Assembly (NCBI GenBank): GCA_024137785.1
Contig: JAHRHZ010000283.1
Span: 45,572,680 to 45,636,679 of the forward strand
Direction: 5' to 3'
Source: Ginglymostoma cirratum
Taxonomy: Eukaryota
Length of the DNA stretch: 64,000 nucleotides
The translations under genes were made by a program, and so were the position numbers. Within the stretch, counting starts at the first letter, position 1. Each line of letters starts with the position of its first letter. The notes under the pieces were generated by a model. That model was not told the origin of the DNA. It made no database searches and worked only from the letters and a program-made list of their open reading frames with translations. This document shows positions 1 to 12,730 of this stretch, one piece after another.

Positions 1-2685
1 TCTAGTGTCTGCAGTGTTTTCTGTTTGTTTTCAGATTTAATGTTCATTTTGGCTCATATTTGTTGGTTTTGCTGAGATTTATTTGTTTGCTTATTTATTT
101 ATTAAATAACATTTATTTGTTTGTCCAGAAGGTGGCATCCTCATAACCGTTGATGCATTTTGGGATCTTTAATCTGTTTGACCTATAGCTCCACACTGGT
201 GTTTGTCTTCAACTGCTCTATGTGTAAGATCATCGCAATTCCAAATTCCTTTCTGCTTCAGTAGGGATGGAGGCAGCTGAAGTTGGCACAATATTGGGTT
301 CCTACCTGATTCTGTGACATTTTCTGGGCGGGGTGGGGAGCAACGATTGACATGTTTTTCATAGCAAACATGGATCAATTTTGGTTTTGTTATCATGACT
401 CATCTAGAATTTCCCCTCAGAAATCAATGTCCTACTGTATTGTAAGAAACGCCACCATATTTAAGAAACTCAGCTCTAAATTACAAAGTTATTGTCTCCA
501 AGACGACAAACATACGTGCAAATGTAATATTGTTTTGGAGTATCCCACTGGAATATAGAGTTGGTTCAACATCCTGGGATTTTCTGCTTAAAAATTTAAA
601 AAGTTTTGGCAATCCACAGGCAAATGTGAATGAAAGTTTCAGAAGTATGCATTTGGAGCCTCATTCCAGTTTGCTACACAATAGCTCTACCCGACACTAT
701 AGGCTGACATGAAGAAAACTGGTTGAACCAGAATTATGAAGGACAGCAGACAGGTCTAGGAGGGGTCTTATGACTATGCATGTTAAGAATCAGCACAAGG
801 AGACACTCCTTTGGAGTTTATGTAGTTTCTTGTGACTCGGTTCAACAAGCCAAGTTGCGCTTCGACTTCCCTCCCCCTCTACCCTGAGCAAAATGAGTGA
901 ATGTAGAATTCCCAGCCAGCCACGGCCAATTTTTCAGCAATAGGTGGGAATACAAAATCGATCATGGACATCCTCTGCCACATGCAGCTCTTTACATACC
1001 TTTTCTCACAGACAAGTGACACAAAGTACATCTGCCTATTATGAGCAGGTATATCATCAATGTGTACAAATTAAACAAATAGGTCAAACAATTTTCTTTT
1101 ATCATATAGCACGATAGTGACACGAGATTATTGCTAATCTCCAGGATCCAAAGTTCTTACAGGGGCTTTTTTTTGGGGAATTTAAAAGTCCATGACATTT
1201 CATGCAGATGAAATCACATGGAGCATAGCTGACTGCAAAGGCTGTGGTGACAAATTAAAAGTTAAAAGAAATTACTTTTGCTGCATTTCAGAGGCAGCAA
1301 GTGTGTGGCAGGTCTCCAAGGCCAGTGGTAGCTTTCCTTTATCTCAAATCCAGGTAGAGTTCCTCAGAGAGGCATGACAGCTCACCAGAATGATGTTAGT
1401 GATTGTGGATGGAAATCTAGCTGTAATCAAAGAAATGTTTTTGATAATAAAGGAAGTCTCAACATATACAAATCCCAATCTTAATTTCTGATAATCCTTA
1501 ATCTTTCTCAAACGTCTCCAATTACTCAGCTGGTTAAAGCAGTGAATAATTACACTGTATGGGCCAGAAAGCTTTCATATTCAATTCACAGTAGCTGTGT
1601 CCAGGCCAAAGGAAGTTGTCCAACACAGGTCATCAGCATGTCATGGATCTTTCTGGAGTAAGTGTTGCTGTCAAAGACTGCTGGTTAGGCTGCTCGCTAT
1701 TTGACACAAACTGGTACACAGTCTGTACACTTGTACTTGAAAATTTCAATCTGAGTCCAAAATCCAAAGCATGGTCTTGATTTGACTATTTGAGGTGTCT
1801 TACACTCAGGATGTTTACTTCTTGCAGGCCCTCCTTTAAGCTGCATGTGGTGGGATTTTGGAACGTATCAGACAACCAAAGTGTTCCCTCGTACGCATTT
1901 CTCAAATGTTGGCCTCCCATTTTCATCGCTCGCTGGGACCTCCCAGTAACACGAGCAGCCGACAGTTGACAACCCCCTTCCCTTCCCCCACAACGTGCAT
2001 ATTCTCAGAGAAGTTAGATTAGTCCCTCTTTAGCAACTGTCAACACGATTTAGTAACTTGATGAGAGAGTAACTGCCATAATGGATGAGCCAATGTGCCC
2101 TCTTCTGCTGTGGTAAAAAAAACTGTGTTCTATATGTGCTGCTGAACCTAGTGGCAAGATTGAGAATTTGTGAGGAGTTGTATGGAGTAAAATCACTTCC
2201 ATACTCTTTAATACAAACTGGTTTATAATTCTGGCACAAAAGTCAAATCAACACAAATGCACGTGGAATGTCAATTATACCTGTGCCCGAACCTACACAA
2301 TTTGACCTTCAAATTCTGGTCCGGAGTTGGGGCAGGAAAAGAAAATTTCCTTTACCTGATCGGAATTATGCAGATTACTCTTCCATTTAAATATCAGACA
2401 ATTTTGTGAACCATCTGTGCTTTTTAAATTGTTAAAATGCTTTTTACATCTATGCTTTTTAACAATAAGGTATAAGCAAATGTAGAAAAAACTATCACTA
2501 TGCCCTCCTTTTTCAAAGTGCACAAATAATAGAAACTTAAACAAAAAGAACTGGTAAATTAAATGGTATTATTCACACTATCATATTTATTCTTTTGATC
2601 TTGCAGTATCCACTAGGTGGCATGCTTACAGTGAAGAATGTGCATGAATCAGCCTTTCAGCAACGCAATAAACTGGATAGCATAC

Positions 2686-2772
2686 CGACTCAAGGCAGTT
2701 CTCACATAGATAACCTCATTGTTAGAGAATTGGGCACCAGCCTGATGCAACAACTTGATAATTTCACTGTGC
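2686..2772 (-). pseudogene. ASPG: Paralogous copy of the ASPG exon at 49337-49423 (open, splice sites intact)
   Basis: 87 nt, ttctgcag|...|gtatg; HSEIIKLLHQAGAQFSNNEVIYVRTALS; hand count 66/87 nt and 17/28 aa identical to the functional exon, no indels. Confidence 0.9.
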
Positions 2773-3039
2773 CTGCAGAAAAAATAACAGAATCACTACC
2801 AACTGACAAGCAGAATATCCAAAAGTTGGAACAGAGAACCAATTTTTTAAAAATTGTTTACATTCAGTGAAAGCTATCATCAGCTTTAAAAACTGACTGT
2901 ACTTAACTTCCCTTTCACAGAAGAATTCTACCTAGATACTCCTGTTTATAAATTTTAAATTAATGGCCCATTTTCTGGGCTAAAGCTGGTGACTACTCAC
3001 CAGGTTAAAAGCGTCAGTATCATGTTTGACCTGATGGGG

Positions 3040-3213
3040 AGCTTGAGCCATTGCTAAATTGGACACGGCCCTTTTGTTTCGGTATGCATGGCCACTGCCT
3101 GAAATGAGCGCAGATACTACTGCAACATTACATAGAAACTCTTGTGCTTATTTCAGATCTGGATTCTGAAACACATTTGTCCCATCAGTGCTTGTGATAT
3201 GCAAATTCCACCT
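3040..3213 (-). pseudogene. Possible heavily decayed copy of the ASPG exon at 52819-52982
   Basis: Shared words (gcagatact, ccatca, ttcc..cct) in the expected order just upstream of the 2686-2772 copy. Confidence 0.3.
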
Positions 3214-3409
3214 CACATTTCCACCATCTTGGACTGCCTTTCCAGCTGTCCTTTATGGAATTACTGATGACTGCTCAAAACAGGTCACAAAACTTGGAAA
3301 CATTTCAGAAATTCTAAGAGAGGTCAAGTTTATTAAGTTCTGATATGATTTGGCAATAGTGAAAACAGCTACATGATGGTATTTCAGTGTTCGATCAGTA
3401 GGAGGCAGT

Positions 3410-3785
3410 AATGCATTCATTCATTAGCAGTCCCTCACAGCTAAGGATGACTCTCTTCCATTCTCAGGGTGAATCCGTAGGTGGCTGTGTAGACCAATGT
3501 GGTTTCTGCAGGCTCTGTTACACTTTGGGCAGAAGGCTGTCACAGGAAGGGGTGGGTGGGGCATTGGGTGTGGTAGCGCACTCCTTACGCTATTTTCGCC
3601 TGGCTTCTGATTTTTCCCAACGGCAAGTCTTGAGGTGCTCGATGCCTTCCCAATTGCTCCTCCTCTACTTTGGGCAGTCTTAGGTCAGGGATTCTCAGGG
3701 GTCCATTCTCCAGTGAGACCTTGAGGGTATCCTGAAGCACTTCCTTCGTCCACCTGGGGCTTGCCTGCTGTTTTGAAGCTGGCAC
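3410..3785 (-). mobile_element. RTE-clade LINE 3' fragment
   Basis: Translation ...LQDTLKVSL resembles the RTE C-terminal GGQxKRFKDTLKxSL motif. Confidence 0.55.
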
Positions 3786-3894
3786 AACAAGTATGTGACC
3801 ACAAACTAAGAAATGGGGACCCCAAATCTAGCCTCTTCCCGAAAACGTCAGGTATCGACAATCAAGCTGGGTAAGATATCAATCATAAGATAGA

Positions 3895-4565
3895 TAAGTT
3901 TGGAGCATGCATACAAATAAACTAAGAGAAAGAGAAGGCCATTCAGCCCCTTGAGCCTGCTCTAGCATTCAACAAGATCATGGCTGATCTGATTGCAATC
4001 TTAAAGCCAAACTCCCACCCACACCTTATAACCTATCATCCTTAGTTTAACAAGAACATATGTACTTCTGCCTTAAAAATTTCAAGGACTTTGCTTCCAC
4101 TAGCTTTTCAGGAAGAAAGTTTTGAAGACTATTATCACCTGAGACAAAAAAATCCCTCATCTCCGTTTTAAATGAGTCACCCTGATTTTAAGTAGAGACT
4201 TCTAGTTCCAGATTCTCTCATAAGAGAAAACACCTCTCCACCTACTCTGTCAAGACTGCTCAGGCTTCTATATGTTTCAATCAAGTTGTCTCTTACTCTT
4301 CTAAATTCCCATGGATATAACCCTAGCCTATCCAACCTTTCCCCATCAGGCTACACATTAATTCCAGGTCTGGTTAACTTTGTCTGAACTGCCTTCAATG
4401 CATTTGCATCCTTCATTAAATAAGGTGACTAGTGATGCGGAAATACTCCAAATGCGGTCCCACCAGTGCCCTGTATAACAGAAGTATAACCTCCACACCT
4501 CTGTATTCAATCCCCCGTGTTATAACTGATAAAATCTTATTAACTTTCCTAATTACCTGCTGTAC
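3895..4565 (-). mobile_element. CR1-type LINE 3' fragment, decayed
   Basis: Reverse complement of the CR1 RT C-terminus and 3' UTR seen in the other copies (ggccattcagccccttgagcctgct). Confidence 0.8.
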
Positions 4566-4569
4566 CAGG

Positions 4570-5915
4570 GTAAAATCATAAAGGAGATTAGAAAAGCAAA
4601 GAGCAGGAATTCAAAAGCTCAGGCAAGTTAAACTCAGGAAAACACAAAGATGTCTTATGAATAGATAAAGAGCAAGAGCAGAAGGAATTAGACACATTAA
4701 AGGTTATTGTGTGTGGAGTCATGACATGTGGGCATGGTTCTGAATGAATGCTCTGTTTCTGGTTTCAGGAAAGAGGATGACAATACAGACAGTATTGGAT
4801 GGTGGAATGTTGTGAGAGAGAAAACATTAAATGGATTAGGATTTTTAAAAGTGGACAAATTATGAGGCCCAAATGAAATATATCCTACACTGTTAAGAGA
4901 AGCAAGGGAAATCTTGGTAGAGGATGTGACCATCATTTTGAAATGTTCTAATGTTGTTTCATAGCTTTGAAAGGAAGGACATGATAATTAAAAGCCAGTT
5001 ATCTTAGCATCGGTGGTGGCCAAATTATTGCAAACAAACTTTGAGGAACAATAGAAATTGTTAGTTAGAAAGACACAAATGAATCAAGGACAGGCAAGAT
5101 AGATTTTAAGAAGTCATACATGAATATCTTGAGTGAATCATTTTGCAGAAATAACAAGGAGGGTTGATGGAAGGGAATTTGCTTCATGCAATCTATACAT
5201 TTATTCAAAACCCTTTTGGCAAGCCTGCACGTGGCGAGCCCAGAAATGTAAGACTTCAGGGGACGCAAGGATAAACAACACTTTCAATCCAGAACTGGTC
5301 AAAAAGTTCCATTGTATATTTAATTATATCACCCAAGGTCCCAAGTACACAAAATTTTATTGGAACTATATAGCATACTAGCTGGGCCAAAGTGAGAATA
5401 TTTTACAACAATTCTGGTTGCCACATTACAAGAAGGAGGTGATTACAATAGAAAGCATAGAGAGGAGACGAGCTGTTTGCCAAGAATGGTGTATTTTAGC
5501 TATAAAGAGAGTTTGGAAAGACCAGGACTGTTTCCTTTTGAACATAAGCACACGGGAGATTGAATCCAGTGTAGAAGACTACAAATGGCCTAAGTGGGGA
5601 AGATAGGGAAAACGTTTCTTCCTAACAATTCAAACAATAAGCAGACAATGGAGATTAAAATAATTGATGGAAGGATTATGAGGAGATGAGGAGAAATAGT
5701 TTCACCCAGCGGTGAGCGAGGGTCTCAAATACATTGACTGAAAGAGTGGTAGAGCCAGAAATCTTCATCACACCAAAAAGAATCTTGGAACTGTGTTTGA
5801 AATGTCATAACCTGCAGGCCTAGGGAATAATAGCTGGAAAGTTGAGCTGAGCTATACAGTTCTTTTAATTGACAGACATTTTGAGTTGAATGGCTTCATT
5901 CTGTGCTGTAAATTT
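4570..5915 (+). mobile_element. CR1-type LINE remnant, highly decayed
   Basis: Fragments matching CR1 RT (caattctggttgccacattacaagaagg; ttcacccagcggtg) and 3' end (gaatggcttcattctgtgctgtaa). Confidence 0.7.
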
Positions 5916-6130
5916 TCATGGTATTTATGTTGTTATCTTCTCTATCTGTCAATTTTTGATGATGCAATTAGAATTACAGTGCAATTAGACATATAACTAT
6001 TTGATAGGTCCAAACCATTTCCCAATGATTCTGCAGAGCAGAGTTGCTTTTGTATTCCTGTTTGTTTTCTGTGGACTTACCTTCAAAAGACCATTGCAGG
6101 ATACACCTTCTCTGACCAAGCCAGCAGGCT

Positions 6131-6450
6131 AGAATCCCTACAGTGTGAAAACAGGCCCTTCGGCCCAACTAGCCCACACCAAACCTCAGAGCATCCCACC
6201 CACACCCGTCCCCTTGTAACCCACCTAATCTACACATCCCTGAACACTACGGGCAATTTAGCATGGCTAAATCCACCTAACCTGCACATCTTTGGACTGT
6301 GGGAGGAAACCGGAGCACCCGGAGGGAACCCACGCAGACACAGGGAGAATGTGCAAACTCCACACAGACAGTCACCCAAGGCTGGAATCGAACCTGGATC
6401 CCTGGCACTGTGAGGCAGCAGTGCTAACCACTGAGCCACCGTGCCGCCCC
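6131..6450 (-). mobile_element. tRNA-derived SINE (HE1-like shark SINE)
   Basis: Minus strand GGCACGGTGGCTCAGTGGTTAGCACTGCTGCCTCACAG (A box), GGTTCGATTCC (B box), core CTCCCACAGTCCAAAGATGTGCAGG, CR1-like tail. Confidence 0.9.
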
Positions 6451-6472
6451 TGGAGGCTGGAGATTGCCTCCG

Positions 6473-6572
6473 TACATCTCATGTCACTTTGTAGCTGAAT
6501 GGAATGCAAACATGGGACATCAAGGGGACATGCTTCATGAGTGTCAAAAATGCCTCAATCCTCTTTCCCACT
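6473..6572 (-). pseudogene. Probable heavily decayed copy of the ASPG exon at 55464-55559
   Basis: Ordered shared words on the + strand (tagct, aatgca, acatgc, gtgtca, cctct); position collinear with the other remnants. Confidence 0.45.
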
Positions 6573-6677
6573 AGCACAGCAAAGAAAATCCCTGGCCTTT
6601 CAGTATCACCAATAGAGGTTCAATTTGGGCCTAAAGTACACAATGTAGAGAAAAGAAGGTCCAAGCAGGCAATCTAT

Positions 6678-7041
6678 TTTTTTTATTCATTCACGGCATG
6701 AGGGTGTTGCTGGCCAGGCAGCATTTATTGCCCATCCCTAATTGCCCAGAGGGCAGTTAAGAGTCAACCACATTGCCGTGGGTCTGGAGTCACATGTAGG
6801 CCAGACAGAGAAGGATGGCAGTTTCCTTCCCTAATGGACATTAATGAACCAGAGGGATTTTTTTTTGCCCCCCGACAATCGAGAATGGATTCGCAGTCAT
6901 GATTAGACTGGTAATTCCAGATATTTATTGAATTCAAATTCCACCATCTGCCATGGCGGGATTTGAACTCAGGTCCCCAGAACATTATCTGGGTCTCTGG
7001 ATTAACAGTCCAGCGATATTACCACAAGCCATTGCCTCCCC
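6678..7041 (-). mobile_element. tRNA-derived SINE, second family
   Basis: GGGAGGCAATGGCTTGTGGT head, GAGTTCAAATCCC B box, A-rich tail; partial copy at ~46555-46735 (+). Confidence 0.8.
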
Positions 7042-7199
7042 AATATTACCCACATGTTGCTCTACTTTAACATGTGCACTGCATAACTGCTGTTTGCTTT
7101 TAGCCATTGCATGATTTTGACCTTTTCTTAATGAATAATTAAACTTCCATTGTTAGAATAGAATCAGCTGTTTTGGTCATTCTCATCCTTCATTCAATG

Positions 7200-7320
7200 A
7201 TGTATTTACAATGACATGCTAAATCTGTATTCCTGAAAATTAATGAAGATTTGCTTTCTTCAGTGCAGGCAATCACACAGAATGTTTGCCCAGATTGGTT
7301 CAGTGTTACAGTTATTTGTC
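7200..7320 (-). pseudogene. Possible heavily decayed copy of the ASPG exon at 55822-55941
   Basis: Minus-strand TTCAGGAATACAGATTTAGCATGTCATTGTAAA resembles TTCAAGCTATTGCCAGATCTCTCAGTGTCAGCTGTAAA; spacing to the 6473-6572 remnant after removing the SINE (~270 nt) matches the real 262-nt intron. Confidence 0.4.
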
Positions 7321-7599
7321 AGAAAACAAACTTCCTTCTCAAACATTACTAATATACACAAAAGTGTGCCAGTTGGAGCATTCATCTGTTTGGGTTTCAC
7401 GTAGTTTTCTCACAAATGACATGCAAGTATGTTCCAATCACAAACTGTATTTCATTGTTTTCTTTGCTAATGACACAAGTAACAAGAACATGAATTGCTC
7501 TTCATAATTATCGATCATTGACCTGAAACTTTAACATGAGAAAATACCTCCTTTTCTGGGATAAAGTACTCCAGCTGTCTGATTTTCCTTGTCAATTGA

Positions 7600-9060
7600 T
7601 AGATTCTACAGAATATTCAAAGATGAATATTAATGACTGTCCTGATCCAACCCTCCCTTCTTCATGCAATCTAAGGAAATGTGCTTCCTCTGTATTATCA
7701 CAACAGTTTAAAAACCTGTTCCCTTTCCTGATTCCCCCTCTTCTGAAGATTTCTTAGCCATCCCTATCACTGCAATCAGTCTCCCCTTTAACTCCCAGCA
7801 ATGTCCTGCCTTATTACAATAGAAAACATGCTAATTACAACATGCTAAAACATGCTAAAATTACAATAGAAAACATGCTAAGTTCTTGATATAACTTTTT
7901 GATGCTAGTCTTTCTCCTTTATTACTTTGACATTCTTCTGCCTGTTCTCTAAAACATTCTCCATCTGCAGATTTTCTATGGATTCCCACATGACCCCATC
8001 TGCACATGTCTCTGTGAGATACCGTAGGTATCTACCAGAACTATTGTTTCTCTGAACTTTAATGTTTGATGCTCATGTAAATAAGTTTGTACTTTTATAG
8101 GAATGCTATTTCTGGATTCTTCCACAATCATAACTTACCTTACATTCTCATTTTTCTTTTCTCTTGCTTTAGTGACCTAAACCACACTGATCCCACTGCA
8201 TTTCTTTCCTCCTTGCAAATGTCTGATTAGGTTTCATTTTTGTCATCCTGTATTTTAATTAATAAGCTTCAGGGACAAGCTCATAAGTATTAAGTGTAGC
8301 CTTCTTGATAGTTTCATAATTTAAGGATTTTTCTCCTCACAAACTGCTGTATACAGTCATATATGTTCCTGACAAAACACTTTTCATCACTAAGGCTTAA
8401 ACATTTTCTGAATGTACCATCTGCACCTCATTTACAAATGAGGTAAAATACCTTTTGACTCCATCCTCAGCGAATTTAGACATTAACCATAAATTCTTAG
8501 TTAAATTTAAACCCTCATCGGAGTCAGAATCATCCTCCTACTACCACCACCCTCCATTATTATAAACAGTTCCATGGCCAACAATATGTTGTTTAAGTTG
8601 CTTATCTCTTTGGAGTTCAATTTTGTTTTAATTCCACCTCCCTCTCCTTTTTTTTCTTCCCTTTCTATTATCGTCCTTTCTTTTTCCCCTCCCTTTCCAT
8701 TTCAAGTTTTGTTAACGCAATCTCCATCAGTTTTTTTCTTTCCTCTAACTCAAGTCCTTTCCTTGCTTTAAATAATCCCTTCAGGTTTGTTAATCAAACA
8801 TTTCTGGTTTAGATTTTGCAAACTCTGAGCTAAGCTATTTCTAAATTACTCTGAATTAATTCCTTTCTCCAGGTGAGACTGTTCTTGCACCTAATCACAG
8901 CCAGGTCTTCTGCAAACAAACCCAAGGAACTTTCCAATCCGTGGGTTTGTCCTTAGCAAAAATTCAGTTCTTGATTTTACTCAACCAAAAGCAAGCTGAT
9001 GCCTTTCAATGTTTACCATCTCTGATTGTAAGACTCTCACAACAAACAAACTTGCAATAT
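7600..9060 (-). mobile_element. Gypsy LTR retrotransposon gag remnant
   Basis: Minus-strand fragments KFAEDGVKRYFTSF and LNTYELVPEA resemble Gmr1-type gag motifs. Confidence 0.5.
7813..7880. repeat. Short imperfect tandem repeat built from ACATGCTAA / TTACAATAGAAAACATGCTAA
   Basis: Four ACATGCTAA units seen directly. Confidence 0.8.
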
Positions 9061-9070
9061 CACTCCAAAA

Positions 9071-9328
9071 GAGCAGCATGGTGGCTAAGTAGATGGCACT
9101 GCTGCCTCACAACACCAGGGATGTGGGTTCAATTCCTGCCTTGCATGACTGTCAGTGCGGAGTTTGCACATGCTCTCTGTGTCTGCTCTGGTTTCCTCCC
9201 ACAGTCCAAAGATGTGCAGGTTGGGTGGAGTGGCCATGGTAGATGTAGGGCAACAGGGTTAGGGTAGAGTGAGATACTCTTTGGAGGCCCAGTATGGGCT
9301 GAATAGCCAGCTTCCACACTGTAGGGAT
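9071..9328 (+). mobile_element. HE1-like SINE
   Basis: Same head and core as 6131-6450. Confidence 0.85.
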
Positions 9329-9609
9329 TATACACTGATATACAATGACTTACATGATTTACATTCATGGCTCCAGAAAGACTGACAAGTTAATAATTAA
9401 ATCCTTCCACACACACAGATCAAAATTCACACAGCACAATTTCAAAATCCAATCTTTGAAATAAATGATATTTAATACGTAAAAATCACACATCTTGCAT
9501 CACAACAATTTGATCAGTTGCAGAGTCAATTTGACCGTACGTTGGGCTGAAAGTGAATTTGCTGAAGCAAAGGTGACTTATTTGGTTACAATGTGGAAAA
9601 AGGATAAAT

Positions 9610-11622
9610 TTAGGTTAGGACTATCGTCTGTCGGACGGTCTGTTGTACTTCTTAGAAGTACAGATAGATGATAGACCCATTACTGAACAAACCAGAGCAA
9701 AAAAGGAAAGTGGAACATCTTCAACACAGAAGAGAGAAAACCCTGTAAAGACTCAGGAAAGACAGGTACATTGTAATCTTACCAGTGGACAAAGGATGCA
9801 TGACAGTAATTCTCAGTATAATCCAACACATCGAGAAAGCTAACACACTACTAGCAGATATCGACACCTACCAACAGATGGCGATAGATCCAACACCACA
9901 GTTAAGGAACAGGATTACATACACGCTGAAGATTACATACACGCTGAAGATTACATACACGCTGAAGATTACATACACGCTGAAGATTACANNNNNNNNN
10001 NTGAAGATTACATACACGCTGAAGATTACATACACGCTGAAGATTACACAACTCAGGAAACATCAGCTAGATAGTCCATCAAAAAAAAGCCAGAGGGATC
10101 CAACACACCCCGATTCTGCAGACTGGCCAAATTATAGAGGGGTCCCCCTCAGACCCCTGTCTCAGTGCCAGGCACACCAACATATAGTCTTGCCAAACAG
10201 AAATTGAAATATTTAGTGGACAACACTACCCTTTCCATCCACTCATCCCAAGAATTCCTCAACATCATCAAGGACACCAGGGTAGAGGAGGACAAGGTGA
10301 TGATATCCTTTGATGTAACAGCACAATTTACATCTATAAACATCAACCGAGCCAAACAAAACACTGCTGGATGAATCAAGTAGGCAGGCAACCCAACGAT
10401 TTCAATAGGGACACTGTGAAACCACTAGATCTGTGCCTCAAAACCCACTTCACCTTCAACGGCAGCAAACAAAACAACGGAACACCAATGGAATTCCCAA
10501 TATCGGGACTGATTGCAGAAGCAGTAATGCAAAGGTTAGAACGAACAGTGCTCCCTACCACACAACCCAAACTTTGGGTCCGATATGTGGATGAGACTTT
10601 TGTGATTATTAAATGCACGAAACAAAAAGAAACACATCAACGCATAAAGAATATCCTTATCGGTACAAAATTCATGAAAGAAGAAGAGAACAGCAACCTA
10701 CTACCCCTCCTGGACATAATGGTAGAATGCAAAAACAACAGGGAACTCCAGACTAACGTATATAGAAAGACAACACATGCGGACCAGATACTCCCATTAC
10801 ATCAGCAACAACCCCAACGCCCACAAATAGAGCTTCATCAGGACACTATTTAAATGAGCCACAACACATTGCAGCAACCTGGAACTACACAAAGCTGAAC
10901 AGGGGCATTTATATGGAGTCTTCAAAAGAAATGGATACCCGAAAAGCACAATCCACATTACCTCCAAGACAGACGACAACAGGAAGACACAATATGACCA
11001 GAATCACTCATCACCCTACCATACATCAAGGACATTTCGGAGATGACCACAAGACTAGTCAGACCCCTAGGTATCAGAGTAGCCCAGAAACCAACTACCA
11101 TCCTACGACAGCTACTGACAAACACATCTGATCCCATACCCAAAACCAGTGTAATATACAAAATACCATGCAAGGCCTGTGAGAAACACGACATAGACCA
11201 AACCAGAAGAATACTGATAATACGGATACACAAACACCAACTAGCCACCAAGAGACACGACGAATTCTCACTTGTCTCACTACACACGGACAACGAGGGG
11301 CAACATATCAATGATTGCACAAGCCAAACAGAGACATGCTAGGGACTCCTGGAGGCCTGGTATTCCAACCGGAACTCATCAACAAACACATTGAATTAGA
11401 CCCAATGTACAAACCACTGAGAAACAAAACCAGAGGTAATACCGACCACCCCAGCGAACCAAGGCATATAAATAACAAGCGGGACAGAAAACCAATACTT
11501 CACCGGAGGCACATTGACTAAGTTACCTAGCAGGGTGACGAAACATTTGCAGCCACTGGCTCAGTGAGCATGTCTACAACCTCACCCACAACCCGAACTT
11601 CAAATCTTCTTGAAAACTTTAA
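9610..11622 (+). mobile_element. Penelope-like element (Penelope/Poseidon type), frameshifted
   Basis: RT motifs SFDVTAQFTSI, GTPMEFPISG, WVRYVDETF, VYRKTTHADQIL; GIY-YIG-like VIYKIPCKACEK; degenerate hammerhead near 11514-11547. Confidence 0.9.
9913..10048 (+). repeat. 18-bp tandem repeat GATTACATACACGCTGAA spanning an N gap
   Basis: At least six near-complete units around 10 Ns; translates as (KITYTL)n in the PLE frame. Confidence 0.95.
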
Positions 11623-12211
11623 ACGATAAGTTTAATTGTGAACTTCAGCACTGTCGTGGCTCCCCTAAAAAATCTACTGAAAGACGGCAAAAATTTTGAA
11701 TGGACAAAAGTGTGTCAGCATGCCTTTGACAATTTGAATGCTGACATCCACACTAGTTTTAGCATCTGCAGATTAGCAGCAGCAAGTTATGAGAGGGTAA
11801 CGCCAGTGTTGGCGCAGTGTTATTACAGAACAACATGAAGGGGATTGAATGACCTGACAGTAATTTTTCCAGGAAATTAAATGCATGTCAAAAAGCTCGA
11901 AGACATGATGGGTGCCTCACATTTGGCTCCTCACCCTTACACAGTGAGGATCCTTCTAACCCCCAAAAGTATTATCTTCATTCTACAACTACTATCCCTA
12001 AATCATGATGCATTCTGTAGTGTCTCCTGCAGGAACCAATGGACCACCCACAGTCTCCACGATCAAGGTGGTTGCTCTGGATCACATAGCCTCCTCCAGC
12101 TCTTAGGAAGAGAGCATGGTTATCCCAGAGTATGCTCCAGTAAATCTGCCTCCTCCACCTCCACTCCCTCCACCAACTCAGATACTGACACTTTGAAGTG
12201 GGAATATTACA

Positions 12212-12730
12212 TAGAAACATGGAAGATAAGAGCAGGAGGAGGCCATTCAGCCCTTCGAGCCTGCTCTGCCATCATCACGATCATGGCAGATCGTCCAATT
12301 CAATAGCCTAATCCTGCTTTCTCTCCATAACCTTTGATCCCATTCGCCCCCAAATGCTATATCTAGTTGCCCTTTGAATACATTCAATGTTTTGGCATCA
12401 ACTACTTCCTGTGGTAATGAATTCCACAGGCTCACCACTCTTTGGGTAAAGAAATGTCTCCTTATCTCTGTCCTAAATGGTCTACCCCAAAGCTTCATAC
12501 TGTGCCCCCTGGTTCTGGACACACCCAGCATCAGGAACATCCTCCCCTGCATCTACCCTGTCTAGACCTGTTAGGATTTTATAAGTCTCTATGAGATCCC
12601 TCTCCTTCGTCTGAACTCCAGTGAAAGTAATCCTAACCTAGTCAATCTCTCCTCATACGTCAGTCCCACCATCCCCAGAATCAGCCTGGTAAGCCTTCGC
12701 TGCATTCCCTCAACAGCAAGAGCTTCCTTC
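12212..12730 (-). mobile_element. CR1 LINE 3' fragment
   Basis: SRTRGHSMKLWGRPFRTEIRRHFFTQRVVSLWNSLP plus CR1 3' UTR. Confidence 0.9.

Larger units (their letters stand above)
9530..11900 (+). mobile_element. Gypsy pol (RT end/RNase H) remnant split by a Penelope-like insertion
   Basis: 9530-9605 encodes ..SEFAEAKVTYL; 11638-11900 encodes NFSTVVAPLKNLLKDGKNFEWTKVCQHAFDNL and ..FSRKLN. Confidence 0.65.

Noticed and set aside
3830-3856. GAAAACGTC as another hammerhead
   Set aside because: No upstream CTGANGA box or stem II
6131-6450. tRNA gene (A and B boxes)
   Set aside because: Head of a multi-copy SINE with a non-tRNA body and LINE-like tail
9913-10048. Regular 18-bp repeats as a CRISPR-like array
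   Set aside because: Head-to-tail units with no spacers, eukaryotic context, inside a PLE ORF
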